The notes beneath the pieces are model-generated. The model worked only from the letters and a program-made list of their open reading frames with translations. It did no database searches and was not told where the DNA came from. A program made the translations under genes and the position numbers. A stretch of 64,000 nucleotides of DNA from a virus. Below are positions 26,278 through 35,316 of this stretch, piece by piece (the first letter of the stretch is position 1; each line of letters opens with the position of its first letter). The stretch lies in the IMG/VR virus record IMGVR_UViG_3300033148_006239, positions 1 through 64,000 of that record; one strand, given 5' to 3'.

Positions 26278-26741
26278 AATTTTTTCTCCTTTAAATACCA
26301 TTGTACCATACAATAAGCATCACATAAATTATCATCATCAAAGTTCTTTTTATATTTACGCAATGCTTCTTTAAGAATCATATCTTTTTTAATATTACCT
26401 TTACCAAGAGCACCTTTCTTCCATGTACCTATCGCGACAATAATTATTTTTTCTAAATCAAATGATTTTTTTAGATAACAATACAAAGAACCTCTAAACT
26501 CTGCTAGAGCTGTTACTGATCGTGCTTGTGATCCATAAGCATAGTCTTCAATTATTAAAATATCAGATTGTTTCTTTTTAATATATCGAGAAACTCTTTT
26601 AGCCATCTCTTGTATTCTAACAATAGGTTTTAATTTTTCTTTCGTTAAATCAAATAATTTATGTTTAAATATTTCTTTCTCACTATCATAATAACATAAA
26701 CCACATTTAATTGTACCAGGATCAATTGCTAATATCTTCAT
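26274..26741 (-). CDS. ruvC: RuvC-like Holliday junction resolvase
   Basis: ILAIDPGT, IIEDY, DNLCDA. Confidence 0.85.
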   Translation of the reverse strand: MKILAIDPGTIKCGLCYYDSEKEIFKHKLFDLTKEKLKPIVRIQEMAKRVSRYIKKKQSDILIIEDYAYGSQARSVTALAEFRGSLYCYLKKSFDLEKIIIVAIGTWKKGALGKGNIKKDMILKEALRKYKKNFDDDNLCDAYCMVQWYLKEKKL

Positions 26742-26747
26742 TATACC

Positions 26748-27074
26748 TCACATATTATTAAATTGTATTTCTAAAAATTCTATTCTATTTTGAACAAATT
26801 CTATTGCTTTTCTTACACCTTCACAAAAATGGCACTCAATCATAGTAAATGTTTCAGATTGAATATGTTTACTATCAACATCATTAGAATTAGCTTCTCT
26901 ACATATATATTGTGGATTATATTTATTTTTCAAAAAAATAATTTCAAATCTACTAAAACTGTCACAATCTTCATCAAAAATTCTTTGAAAAACTACTAAT
27001 TCGCGTTTATAATCATTATAATATTTAATATCTTTTTCTAATTGCTTTAATACTTTTAATTTATCAGTTGTCAT
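26748..27074 (-). CDS. Hypothetical protein
   Basis: GGAG RBS. Confidence 0.7.
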   Translation of the reverse strand: MTTDKLKVLKQLEKDIKYYNDYKRELVVFQRIFDEDCDSFSRFEIIFLKNKYNPQYICREANSNDVDSKHIQSETFTMIECHFCEGVRKAIEFVQNRIEFLEIQFNNM

Positions 27075-27226
27075 TTAATTCTCCGAAATAATAATTTCAC
27101 TTAAACAATTGACAGTTTCTTTTAATAAAATAACTGATTTTTCTAAATCTGATATCCGCAGCCATAAACCTACAACCATTACTACTAATCCCAATATTGC
27201 AATTCCTAAAAATACATAATCTAACA

Positions 27227-27508
27227 TTATTCATACCCCAATTTTTGTATATATGCTCTAGCTATTTTTCTAATTTTAGCCGATGAATAAACACGCATTT
27301 TAAAATCATGATTATCATGCAATTTTCTATGACACCAAAAACAAAGTGTAATAAGATTTCTTAATTTCCATCTGCATTTTCTATTACCTCTTGGAACTAT
27401 ATGATGTGGAGCTAAATTATAATTCTTACCGCATATAAGACATTCACCATCACGCTCTATTACTTTTTTAGAGATATTGATATCTCTTTGTTTATCTTCA
27501 GGAGTCAT
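27227..27508 (-). CDS. Small HNH endonuclease
   Basis: RDGECLICG...HHIVPRG...NLITLCFWCHRKLH. Confidence 0.85.
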   Translation of the reverse strand: MTPEDKQRDINISKKVIERDGECLICGKNYNLAPHHIVPRGNRKCRWKLRNLITLCFWCHRKLHDNHDFKMRVYSSAKIRKIARAYIQKLGYE

Positions 27509-27846
27509 TACATTTCATAAGACTTATTATCTAAAACATCAAAAAATACTTTAGATATCCAAGCAATTAAATTTTCAATGTTTGTAAAAACTGATTCTTG
27601 ATAATTTTCAGTTTCTATATCAAGTGTAAACTTTAATTTATACCCTCTAATTTGATCTCTATCATTATCAGGATTTATATTGACACCTTCAACTGTATAT
27701 TTACCATGTTTATAATGATAAGTAATATCTGTAATAGGATAATTATATCTTTCAAAATCATACATTTCATGAATTAGATTTTTTATATGATCATTTTTTG
27801 ATAAACAATAGCATTGTTTTTTATTTTTACAAATACATTTATTCAT
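27508..27846 (-). CDS. Hypothetical protein
   Basis: Coupled ORF. Confidence 0.7.
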   Translation of the reverse strand: MNKCICKNKKQCYCLSKNDHIKNLIHEMYDFERYNYPITDITYHYKHGKYTVEGVNINPDNDRDQIRGYKLKFTLDIETENYQESVFTNIENLIAWISKVFFDVLDNKSYEM

Positions 27847-29946
27847 TTAAATAACTCTTGCGTCTGATATTTCACCATCATACTCGACAAGTATTGTATT
27901 TGGGAATGAATTATTTATTTCAGGCACATGTGATATTACAAAAATCTGTCTATATAAATTTGACAAATAATTCAAAATCTCAAATATCTTTTCTCTACCA
28001 AACTTATCAATACTTGCAAATATTTCATCTAAAAATATGAATTGTGGTCTAGCGTTATTAATACCTATAAAACAATTTGATACTCCCAAATGTATTGCAA
28101 AATTAACAATTGTTCTTTCACCACCACTCAAAGACTTATACTTCATTAACTTACCATTCTTAACAATATCTAATGGAGACTTAGATTTTTTTGCATCAGG
28201 ATCTCCATTAAAAACTATTTCAAAATTTGAATAACTTAAATCAGATAATATCTCATTTGTATTGTTTTCAATATTAACAAATGTTGAATCTACAATGTCA
28301 TTTTTAATAGACGTAAATCCCTGTTTAATAGTGTCATATATACTTTCAATCGTACCCAATTTTTTATATTGTTTCTTTACTGATAAAAGCTTTTCGTTGT
28401 TCTCATAATATACTTTTATTTCAGATTTTGTATGTTCGTAATTCTTTAATTCTTCTTTAAATCTTGAATCATATTTCTTATATGATTGTAATTGATTATT
28501 TATTTGTATTTTTAAACTATCAATTCCAGTATCGTCAACATCAATTTCTGAATATTTTTGTTTTAAATTTTTAATATCTTTAACTAGTTTTTGTTTCTTT
28601 GCTTCTAGCTCTATTAGATTATTTGTTTTCTCTTTTAAAGAATTAGTCATACCATTGAATTTTTCTATTGTTGATTCTAATGTACTTTCAATTAATAATT
28701 TCTCTGTCTTCATATCTTTTAGTTGTTCAATTACTTGTAAATATTCTTTAGATTTTAATGCTAGTTTTTCAAGTTCATTCATTGTTTCTTTAGTTTCAAA
28801 TTTTCTATTTTTTAATTCTTCTTTTAATAAATCGATTTTATCTGTTTTATAACCATGTTTAACTTCTTGTTCACAAGTTGGACATATAGAAAGTTCATCA
28901 AATTTTCGAATTGTATCTTTTATAGAATTATATTCATTTTGCAATCGATGCAATTGTGCTTCTGTAACTTTTATCTTCTTTTCTGTTTTTTGAAACTTAA
29001 TCTCAGACTCATCAATTTTAGAATCATCAACATCCATATTATTAAGTTTTTCAGTTATTTTTGTAATTTTATTTTTTAATCTTATTTCATCTTTCTCTAA
29101 TTCAATTTTCCTTGTTTTAGTTTTTTCAATCTCATTACTTATTTCTTCGAGATTCCATCTTTTATCTTTGATCTGTTTTTTATAATTATCTTTTAATTCA
29201 GTTGTAGCTTCAATCTCTGACAATTTTGTTTTTGAATTAACATATTCTTTATTGTGTTTTATTGATAACTTCTCATATTTATTCATTAAATCTTTATATT
29301 CTTCTGATTTACTTTCTAAATTATTTAAATGTGTTTCATCGTCATATTTTTTGTAGTCATCGATAATACCAATTAAAGCATTCTTATTCGCCTTAGTCTC
29401 TTTAAGTTTATCATTTGTATTATCAGCACATAAATCATAAAAATTATGTCCAAATATATTTGAAATATAATTTCTCATTACAGTAGGTGTTGATTTAACA
29501 AATCCGTCACTCTCGTGTTGCATAATACAAACAGAATTTTCAAACGATTGTCTATTCATAGAAATCATTCTTAATATTCTATTTTGTGTATCAGTGATTG
29601 AATCAATATTATGTCTTTCTTCATTATTAACGTATAATTCAATACTATTTTTTTTATTATCTTTAGCTCTAATTATTCTTAATTCTTCGTTGTTCAAATC
29701 ATAAGTAGCATCAACACACATTTGTGTTGTACTATTTCTTACTAAATCATTTGTGCTACCAGTTCTTGAAAAATCAAAAATATTATAAAGAAATGATTCA
29801 ATGATAGAACTTTTACCAGAACCATTAGATCTATCTTTGTTATTTTTAAACTGACCAACTATGCCACAGATACCTTCAGGGAAAAATAGTGTTGTCTCCT
29901 TATAACTTTGATAGTTGTTTAATATTAATTTTTTAATATACATCAA
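27847..29946 (-). CDS. sbcC: SbcC/Rad50-like ATPase
   Basis: NGSGKSS, CPTC zinc hook, LSGGE, FLDE, ISH. Confidence 0.93.
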   Translation of the reverse strand: MMYIKKLILNNYQSYKETTLFFPEGICGIVGQFKNNKDRSNGSGKSSIIESFLYNIFDFSRTGSTNDLVRNSTTQMCVDATYDLNNEELRIIRAKDNKKNSIELYVNNEERHNIDSITDTQNRILRMISMNRQSFENSVCIMQHESDGFVKSTPTVMRNYISNIFGHNFYDLCADNTNDKLKETKANKNALIGIIDDYKKYDDETHLNNLESKSEEYKDLMNKYEKLSIKHNKEYVNSKTKLSEIEATTELKDNYKKQIKDKRWNLEEISNEIEKTKTRKIELEKDEIRLKNKITKITEKLNNMDVDDSKIDESEIKFQKTEKKIKVTEAQLHRLQNEYNSIKDTIRKFDELSICPTCEQEVKHGYKTDKIDLLKEELKNRKFETKETMNELEKLALKSKEYLQVIEQLKDMKTEKLLIESTLESTIEKFNGMTNSLKEKTNNLIELEAKKQKLVKDIKNLKQKYSEIDVDDTGIDSLKIQINNQLQSYKKYDSRFKEELKNYEHTKSEIKVYYENNEKLLSVKKQYKKLGTIESIYDTIKQGFTSIKNDIVDSTFVNIENNTNEILSDLSYSNFEIVFNGDPDAKKSKSPLDIVKNGKLMKYKSLSGGERTIVNFAIHLGVSNCFIGINNARPQFIFLDEIFASIDKFGREKIFEILNYLSNLYRQIFVISHVPEINNSFPNTILVEYDGEISDARVI

Positions 29947-31058
29947 GATTCCTGTTCGAACTTATAATTATCATAAGACATATCTATAATTTTATTGCAT
30001 TCCTTTAATGCATATTGTAATTTTTTATTTTTTAATTTATCTTTAAGAAAATCACTCATCATATCTTTAACAGACTTATTCTTTTTTATTTCTGTTTTAT
30101 TTGTTTCAAAATCAATACAATTAATAATAATCTTTGAAATTGATTTTACATATTTACCAAATATATCTCTCACGTCATTTAAATTTAATATTTTCTTATT
30201 TTCATTTGTGACTTTTATTTCTATATATGCTATACAATTATGACACTTCTTAGCATAATATTCTAAAACTGAAACACTAATTTCTTCAGTAAAATCAATT
30301 TGAACTTTCTTATATTTTGTAACTTCCAATTCATGAAACTTATATTCAAGTTTTTTATTTAATTCAACAAATCCTTTTTTATCATTTCTTTCTGTTACGT
30401 CAAATTGTATAGGAGATCCACAATAAATTACAGGTATTTTATTATTACTAAACGTTTGATACTTATGAACATGTCCTGAAATAACTAAATCAACTTTTTC
30501 AATCTTATTAAGTTTATAATCTTTACCTCTCATTATCTTTCTTTCTGCACCAACAACTGCTCCATCTATAGTATGATGACAAAATACAATATTACTTGAT
30601 TTTTTAGTAATATGCCGTTGTATTGAAAATATAGCATCACTAGCACTATATTCTTGTGTGTAAGGAACAAATATACAATTAATATCATTAATAAATTGTT
30701 TCTCAATATCTAAAATAACTTTTATATTTTTATAATCTAGCATTGCTATTGGATCCATAGCACCATCAAAAAATGAATTACAATCATGATTTCCAGGAAT
30801 TATATATGTTTGAACATTGAGTGATTTTAAAAAATTTAAAAACTCTATAAACTTAGTAAGAAATATTGGATCAGGTTTATTTGTATGAAATATATCACCC
30901 AATATTATAAGCTTACAACCATTTTCATGACAATAATTTGCAATAAAATAAATATTCTTTAATACTTCTTCTGTTTTAGTAGGTAATCCATTTTTCTCAA
31001 TTTTAGAATCAACAGATATACCCAAATGAAAATCAGACGTTATAACTAAATTACCCAT
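29943..31058 (-). CDS. sbcD: SbcD/Mre11-like nuclease
   Basis: SDFHLG, LGDIF, PGNHD, SGHVH. Confidence 0.93.
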   Translation of the reverse strand: MGNLVITSDFHLGISVDSKIEKNGLPTKTEEVLKNIYFIANYCHENGCKLIILGDIFHTNKPDPIFLTKFIEFLNFLKSLNVQTYIIPGNHDCNSFFDGAMDPIAMLDYKNIKVILDIEKQFINDINCIFVPYTQEYSASDAIFSIQRHITKKSSNIVFCHHTIDGAVVGAERKIMRGKDYKLNKIEKVDLVISGHVHKYQTFSNNKIPVIYCGSPIQFDVTERNDKKGFVELNKKLEYKFHELEVTKYKKVQIDFTEEISVSVLEYYAKKCHNCIAYIEIKVTNENKKILNLNDVRDIFGKYVKSISKIIINCIDFETNKTEIKKNKSVKDMMSDFLKDKLKNKKLQYALKECNKIIDMSYDNYKFEQES

Positions 31059-31332
31059 TATAAACTTCTTTATATAAAGAATCTGTAATTGCCGTTATTT
31101 CACCTGTCATTTTTTCATCTCTATTTTCTTCAGTTATTTTGTTTTTTATCATATAATCTATGATAACGTTAAAATAAATCATTTGAAAAGAAAAATTTAT
31201 ATCATCTAATTTTGAATAATCAAAATTATTTTTCTGAATAAATATTATTCTGAATAATCTGAATACCCATTTTATAAAAGGAACAATTAATTTTGTTGTT
31301 TTATTTCGCATTAAATTCTTTCTCTTTCTCAA
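31051..31332 (-). CDS. Hypothetical protein
   Basis: Coupled ORF (start may be 31311). Confidence 0.6.
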   Translation of the reverse strand: MRKRKNLMRNKTTKLIVPFIKWVFRLFRIIFIQKNNFDYSKLDDINFSFQMIYFNVIIDYMIKNKITEENRDEKMTGEITAITDSLYKEVYNG

Positions 31333-32359
31333 TTAATTCATTAAAAATTGTTTTATACAATTTGTTGTCTTTTATATGACCCATTAATTTCTTTAATGTT
31401 ACAGCTTTTCCATCGTTTAATCCATGATAAATAACTTTCTTTTTTGGACCTTTTGCCATAGCACCAAATAAAATACAAGTTTCAATTAAATCTCTAATTT
31501 TATTAATAGGTTTTCCATATTCAACGAAAAATTTAGCCTTTCTAAAAGGTGGATATTGTCGTGATTTTTTTGCTTCAGCATTTACAATTGCACCAATCTG
31601 AACTATTTCTTTTGTTAGTCTATCTGTTTTCTTAACAAGATCTTTACTTGTAACTTTTAATTGTATATTGATCCATGCATAAAAATGTAAAGCTATTCCT
31701 CCGGGTCTTGTTTGTTGTCCTCCATATCCACCGATTTTATATCTAACCTGATTTATACAAATAAGTGTAGCATTTGTCCCATCAAGTATACCAACAATTT
31801 TTCTTAAAAATCTACCCATCAATCTCGCAAAAACACCCATTGAGTTTTCATCCATTGTTCCTTGTAAAATAACTTTAGGAACTAATGAGTCAAGAGAATC
31901 AATACCAATCATACCGATGTTTAGATCACTGATATTGTTTGCAAATTCAAATACAATATCAAAAGTTTCCTCAGCGTCTTCTGCGTTAATTAAAATAACA
32001 TTACTTAAATCAATTCCACATTTTTCTGCCAATGCGTTATTCCAACTTCTTTCGCCATTAACGTGTAAAACTTTATAACCCTGTTTTTGAACATCAACAT
32101 AGACCATCATTAATACTAATGTTTTAAAAGTCCCTTCTAATCCATAGATTTCTATAACTTTGCCTTTAGGCATTCCTACTTCAAAATTACCACTCATTTG
32201 ATAGTTCATATATAAACTACCAAATGAATAAGCATTGCTAGAATCTATTTGTTTGTATTCTTCATTAGTATTAATTAATGAAATTTTACCTTTGTACTTT
32301 TCAACTAATGAATCAATTGTAATTTTTTTCTTTGATTTCTTTTTTTTCTTGTCTGACAT
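31301..32359 (-). CDS. recA: RecA/UvsX recombinase
   Basis: MPKGKVIEIYGLEGTFKT, IDSLDSLVP, INQVR, PGGIALHFYA. Confidence 0.92.
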   Translation of the reverse strand: MSDKKKKKSKKKITIDSLVEKYKGKISLINTNEEYKQIDSSNAYSFGSLYMNYQMSGNFEVGMPKGKVIEIYGLEGTFKTLVLMMVYVDVQKQGYKVLHVNGERSWNNALAEKCGIDLSNVILINAEDAEETFDIVFEFANNISDLNIGMIGIDSLDSLVPKVILQGTMDENSMGVFARLMGRFLRKIVGILDGTNATLICINQVRYKIGGYGGQQTRPGGIALHFYAWINIQLKVTSKDLVKKTDRLTKEIVQIGAIVNAEAKKSRQYPPFRKAKFFVEYGKPINKIRDLIETCILFGAMAKGPKKKVIYHGLNDGKAVTLKKLMGHIKDNKLYKTIFNELIEKEKEFNAK

Positions 32360-32367
32360 ATATTATA

Positions 32368-33393
32368 TTACCTAATATCATCAAGATCGTCATCGTCATC
32401 ATCGTCATCGTCTGAATCATCGTCATCAAGATCGTCATCATCTTCAAGATCTTCATCGTCTTCTAAATCGTCATCATCAAGATCTTCTTCATCATCTTCT
32501 TCAATTTTTACTTTTTTACTAGATTCTTTTTTCTTGTCTTTCTTTTTCTTATCTTTCTTTGATTTACTTTCAGTATCGTCGTCTTCTATATCGATATCAT
32601 TTTCTTCTTCATAATCTTTAATAATTTGTTCAACTTCTTTACTATCGAGTAAACCAAAATATTTTGCAAGATCTTTTTCTTTAAGTTTTAATTGTTCTAA
32701 TTGATCTTTGCTTAATTCAAGATTAGCTTTTATCGAAGTAATTTTAGGTACAATTTTACCATATTGATTTTGTTTTGTTGCACCTTCTTTATAAAAGTTA
32801 ATAATATATTTAACAAGATCTGATGCTTTTTTAATATGAGTAACTTCAGGATCTAATATAAATTGCTTCATACCTGCCCAATGTTTCTTAGAAATTCTTA
32901 ATTTTTGTACAGGTAATGGAAATGTATTACCATCATCATCTGGTTCAGTAGTAAAAATAGCACTCTTCTTTTCAACATTTTTACCTTTTTTATTTTTCTT
33001 CATCTCTGTAATCTCTCTGCCCTTAACACCGAGAAATATATAAGCCAATGATGCTTTAATTTCACTTGCCTTATTTTTCCAAATTTTTTCCATATTTTTA
33101 TCAGAATCTTTAAATGTTGAAGCTATCTTATATATCTTATTAGCCAAAGCACATACTTTGCACTTTCGTGGTGCATATCCTTCACCTTCTATACCCGCTT
33201 CACATGGTATAAACGTTTTCATACCATTGGTTTCAATAAAATGTCCATATCCTTCTTCAAGTTTTTTTGAAGCTAATGCGACATAATTCCTACCCTTATC
33301 GATTTGAATAAAATCTGGTGAATACTCATCATCCTTACCAGCTCTTTCCCAACTCTCATCAACTTGTTTTTCATTACCTAAATCAATAGCCAT
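32368..33393 (-). CDS. Probable single-stranded DNA-binding protein (gp32-like)
   Basis: H...C...CxxC cluster, long acidic C-tail, adjacent to recA. Confidence 0.6.
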   Translation of the reverse strand: MAIDLGNEKQVDESWERAGKDDEYSPDFIQIDKGRNYVALASKKLEEGYGHFIETNGMKTFIPCEAGIEGEGYAPRKCKVCALANKIYKIASTFKDSDKNMEKIWKNKASEIKASLAYIFLGVKGREITEMKKNKKGKNVEKKSAIFTTEPDDDGNTFPLPVQKLRISKKHWAGMKQFILDPEVTHIKKASDLVKYIINFYKEGATKQNQYGKIVPKITSIKANLELSKDQLEQLKLKEKDLAKYFGLLDSKEVEQIIKDYEEENDIDIEDDDTESKSKKDKKKKDKKKESSKKVKIEEDDEEDLDDDDLEDDEDLEDDDDLDDDDSDDDDDDDDDLDDIR

Positions 33394-33403
33394 AATTTAC
33401 TCC

Positions 33404-33658
33404 TTAATTTATATCGTTCGAAAAATATAAAAAGACTTTTTTCTTTTTATGATAAAGATGAGCGGTTAACTCTTTATCATAATCTTCAAGTGATATTATT
33501 TCACCAATAATATCCCATAGTTTTTTATTAGACTCTTTGAGCCATCTTGAGGCTTTTCTATAGGCTACATCAGCATCATCACTAATATCGATTAAAGGCT
33601 TTATAATCTCGCATTCTTCATCAGTCAATTCTATGGTTTTAAAAAGTTTACCGTCCAT
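33404..33658 (-). CDS. Hypothetical protein
   Basis: AGGAG RBS. Confidence 0.75.
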   Translation of the reverse strand: MDGKLFKTIELTDEECEIIKPLIDISDDADVAYRKASRWLKESNKKLWDIIGEIISLEDYDKELTAHLYHKKKKVFLYFSNDIN

Positions 33659-33669
33659 ACTGTTTACTC

Positions 33670-34200
33670 CTAATTATCAAGATCATCTAAAGAATGTTCA
33701 TCTCCATCACTAAATTCTGGTATGTCTGGATTTGACATTTTCATTTCACTTCGTCTCATAGCTCCTATAGACTGTAGCATCTTAAATAACACTTCGAATG
33801 ATTTTATAACATTAGAAATTGTTTTTAATTTAAATTCTTCTTCTCTGATTTTATCTGTCTTTGTCTTATAGACAGATATTTCTTTACCTTTCTTCGACAT
33901 TTTCTTTTGTAACATTACACTTTCTTTTACACTTGTTTCTGTTACTGCTTTTCCTACAGATTGTCTTACCTCTCTTTTAGCATTTGAAAGCCAAATATCA
34001 AAACTATCTTTTAATTCAGAAACAATTCTATTTTGTTCATTCTGAATCATCAACCAATAACCATAGATAGCCGGAGTTTCACACATTTTTTTAGCTAAAT
34101 CGACTTTGTTGTAATTAACCTTTAAACTTTCTGAAAGTTTTTCATTAATTACAAAGTCTTTAACTTTCATATTAATTGTATCAAAATCTTCAAGACCCAT
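33670..34200 (-). CDS. Possible UvsY-like recombination mediator
   Basis: Helical protein (PAIYGYW...TETSVKE...MLQSIGAMRRSEM) in SSB/RecA context. Confidence 0.45.
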   Translation of the reverse strand: MGLEDFDTINMKVKDFVINEKLSESLKVNYNKVDLAKKMCETPAIYGYWLMIQNEQNRIVSELKDSFDIWLSNAKREVRQSVGKAVTETSVKESVMLQKKMSKKGKEISVYKTKTDKIREEEFKLKTISNVIKSFEVLFKMLQSIGAMRRSEMKMSNPDIPEFSDGDEHSLDDLDN

Positions 34201-34202
34201 AA

Positions 34203-34571
34203 TTATTGACCCTCAACTTCATCCCAATCATCATTTGTGATTGTTTCATTATTTTGTTTTTTTACTTTAGACTTTTTCTTTTTTCTAAATTGTGCCTGTT
34301 CGGGATTTCTTTCTTTTTCCTTTTTACTAATACTTACAATATATTTTTTAATTTGTTCAGTATCATATTCTTCAGGAAAATCAAGATCTTTTAAATACAA
34401 AGATACAAGCAATGATTTAACAACTATTTTATTGAAGCCACCAAATGACTTTTTTGACTTTAATTTACCACTGTTAATCCAGTTATTAACTGTAGGAACT
34501 GAAACACCCATTAATTTTGCAACCTTTGTTGTTGTTAAAAGTTCATTTAACCTTTCTTTAGTATTGCTCAT
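34203..34571 (-). CDS. Excisionase/MerR-type HTH DNA-binding protein
   Basis: LLTTTKVAKLMGVSVPTVNNWINSGKL; GAGGAG RBS. Confidence 0.8.
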   Translation of the reverse strand: MSNTKERLNELLTTTKVAKLMGVSVPTVNNWINSGKLKSKKSFGGFNKIVVKSLLVSLYLKDLDFPEEYDTEQIKKYIVSISKKEKERNPEQAQFRKKKKSKVKKQNNETITNDDWDEVEGQ

Positions 34572-34585
34572 TATGTTTCTCCTCA

Positions 34586-35269
34586 TCAATCATCATCTTC
34601 GTCATCGTCATCAAGATCTTCGTCGTCCGAATCAGCATCTGAATCATCGTCATCGTCATCTGAATCATCGTCATCGTCATCTGAATTATCGTCATCGTCA
34701 TCTGAATCATCGTCATCGTCATCTGAATCATCGTCATCGCCATCCCAATCATCATCGTCATCGTCATCATCGTCATCGTCATCATCGTCTGAATCATCGT
34801 CATCATCTGAATCATCGTCATCATCTGAATCATCGTCATCGTCTGAATCATCTGAATCATCGTCATCTACCGAATCAACAATTTCGTCATCATCAAGATC
34901 ATCATCGTCAAAATCTTCTAAGTCTGCTGTTAGTTTAGGATCGTCGTCTGAAATATCATTTTCAGGTTCTTTCTTCTTTTTAGATTCTTTTTTCTTTGTA
35001 GCTTTTGGCTTAGATATACTACTTTTTCTTTCTTTTTTAGCTTCAAACCCCTCATCTTTTGCAGTCACTTTGATATAATATTCATACCAAACTCTTTCTT
35101 TACCTTCTGCTACACCTTCAGGTGGAACTTTATCAATAACACTATCAATAATAGTATCAAGATTTGTTTCACCCTTTTTCATTAATTTCAAAGCTTCATC
35201 TTTTACATTAGCAATCACAGACGAAATCTTCTTTTTTACTGTTATTTCTTTTTTCTTTGCTTTGCTCAT
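34586..35269 (-). CDS. Protein with basic N-half and ~100-aa poly-Asp tail
   Basis: AAGGAG RBS; (D4-7S)n repeats. Confidence 0.85.
   Translation of the reverse strand: MSKAKKKEITVKKKISSVIANVKDEALKLMKKGETNLDTIIDSVIDKVPPEGVAEGKERVWYEYYIKVTAKDEGFEAKKERKSSISKPKATKKKESKKKKEPENDISDDDPKLTADLEDFDDDDLDDDEIVDSVDDDDSDDSDDDDDSDDDDDSDDDDDSDDDDDDDDDDDDDDWDGDDDDSDDDDDDSDDDDDNSDDDDDDSDDDDDDSDADSDDEDLDDDDEDDD
34589..34915 (-). repeat. Coding GAY-rich microsatellite (Asp/Ser)
   Basis: TCATCG/TCTGAA units on the + strand. Confidence 0.9.
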
Positions 35270-35289
35270 AAATTTGCTCCTTTTAATTA

Positions 35290-35316
35290 AATAACATTAA
35301 ATTAATAAATTTAACA
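35290..35316 (-). promoter_or_regulatory. Middle-class promoter TGTTAA-N14-TGTTAT
   Basis: Fills the gap between dnaE and the next gene. Confidence 0.7.

Noticed and set aside
34237-34938. His/Arg-rich ORF (+) and Met/Thr-rich ORF 34558-34866 (-)
   Set aside because: Alternative frames of the poly-Asp repeat
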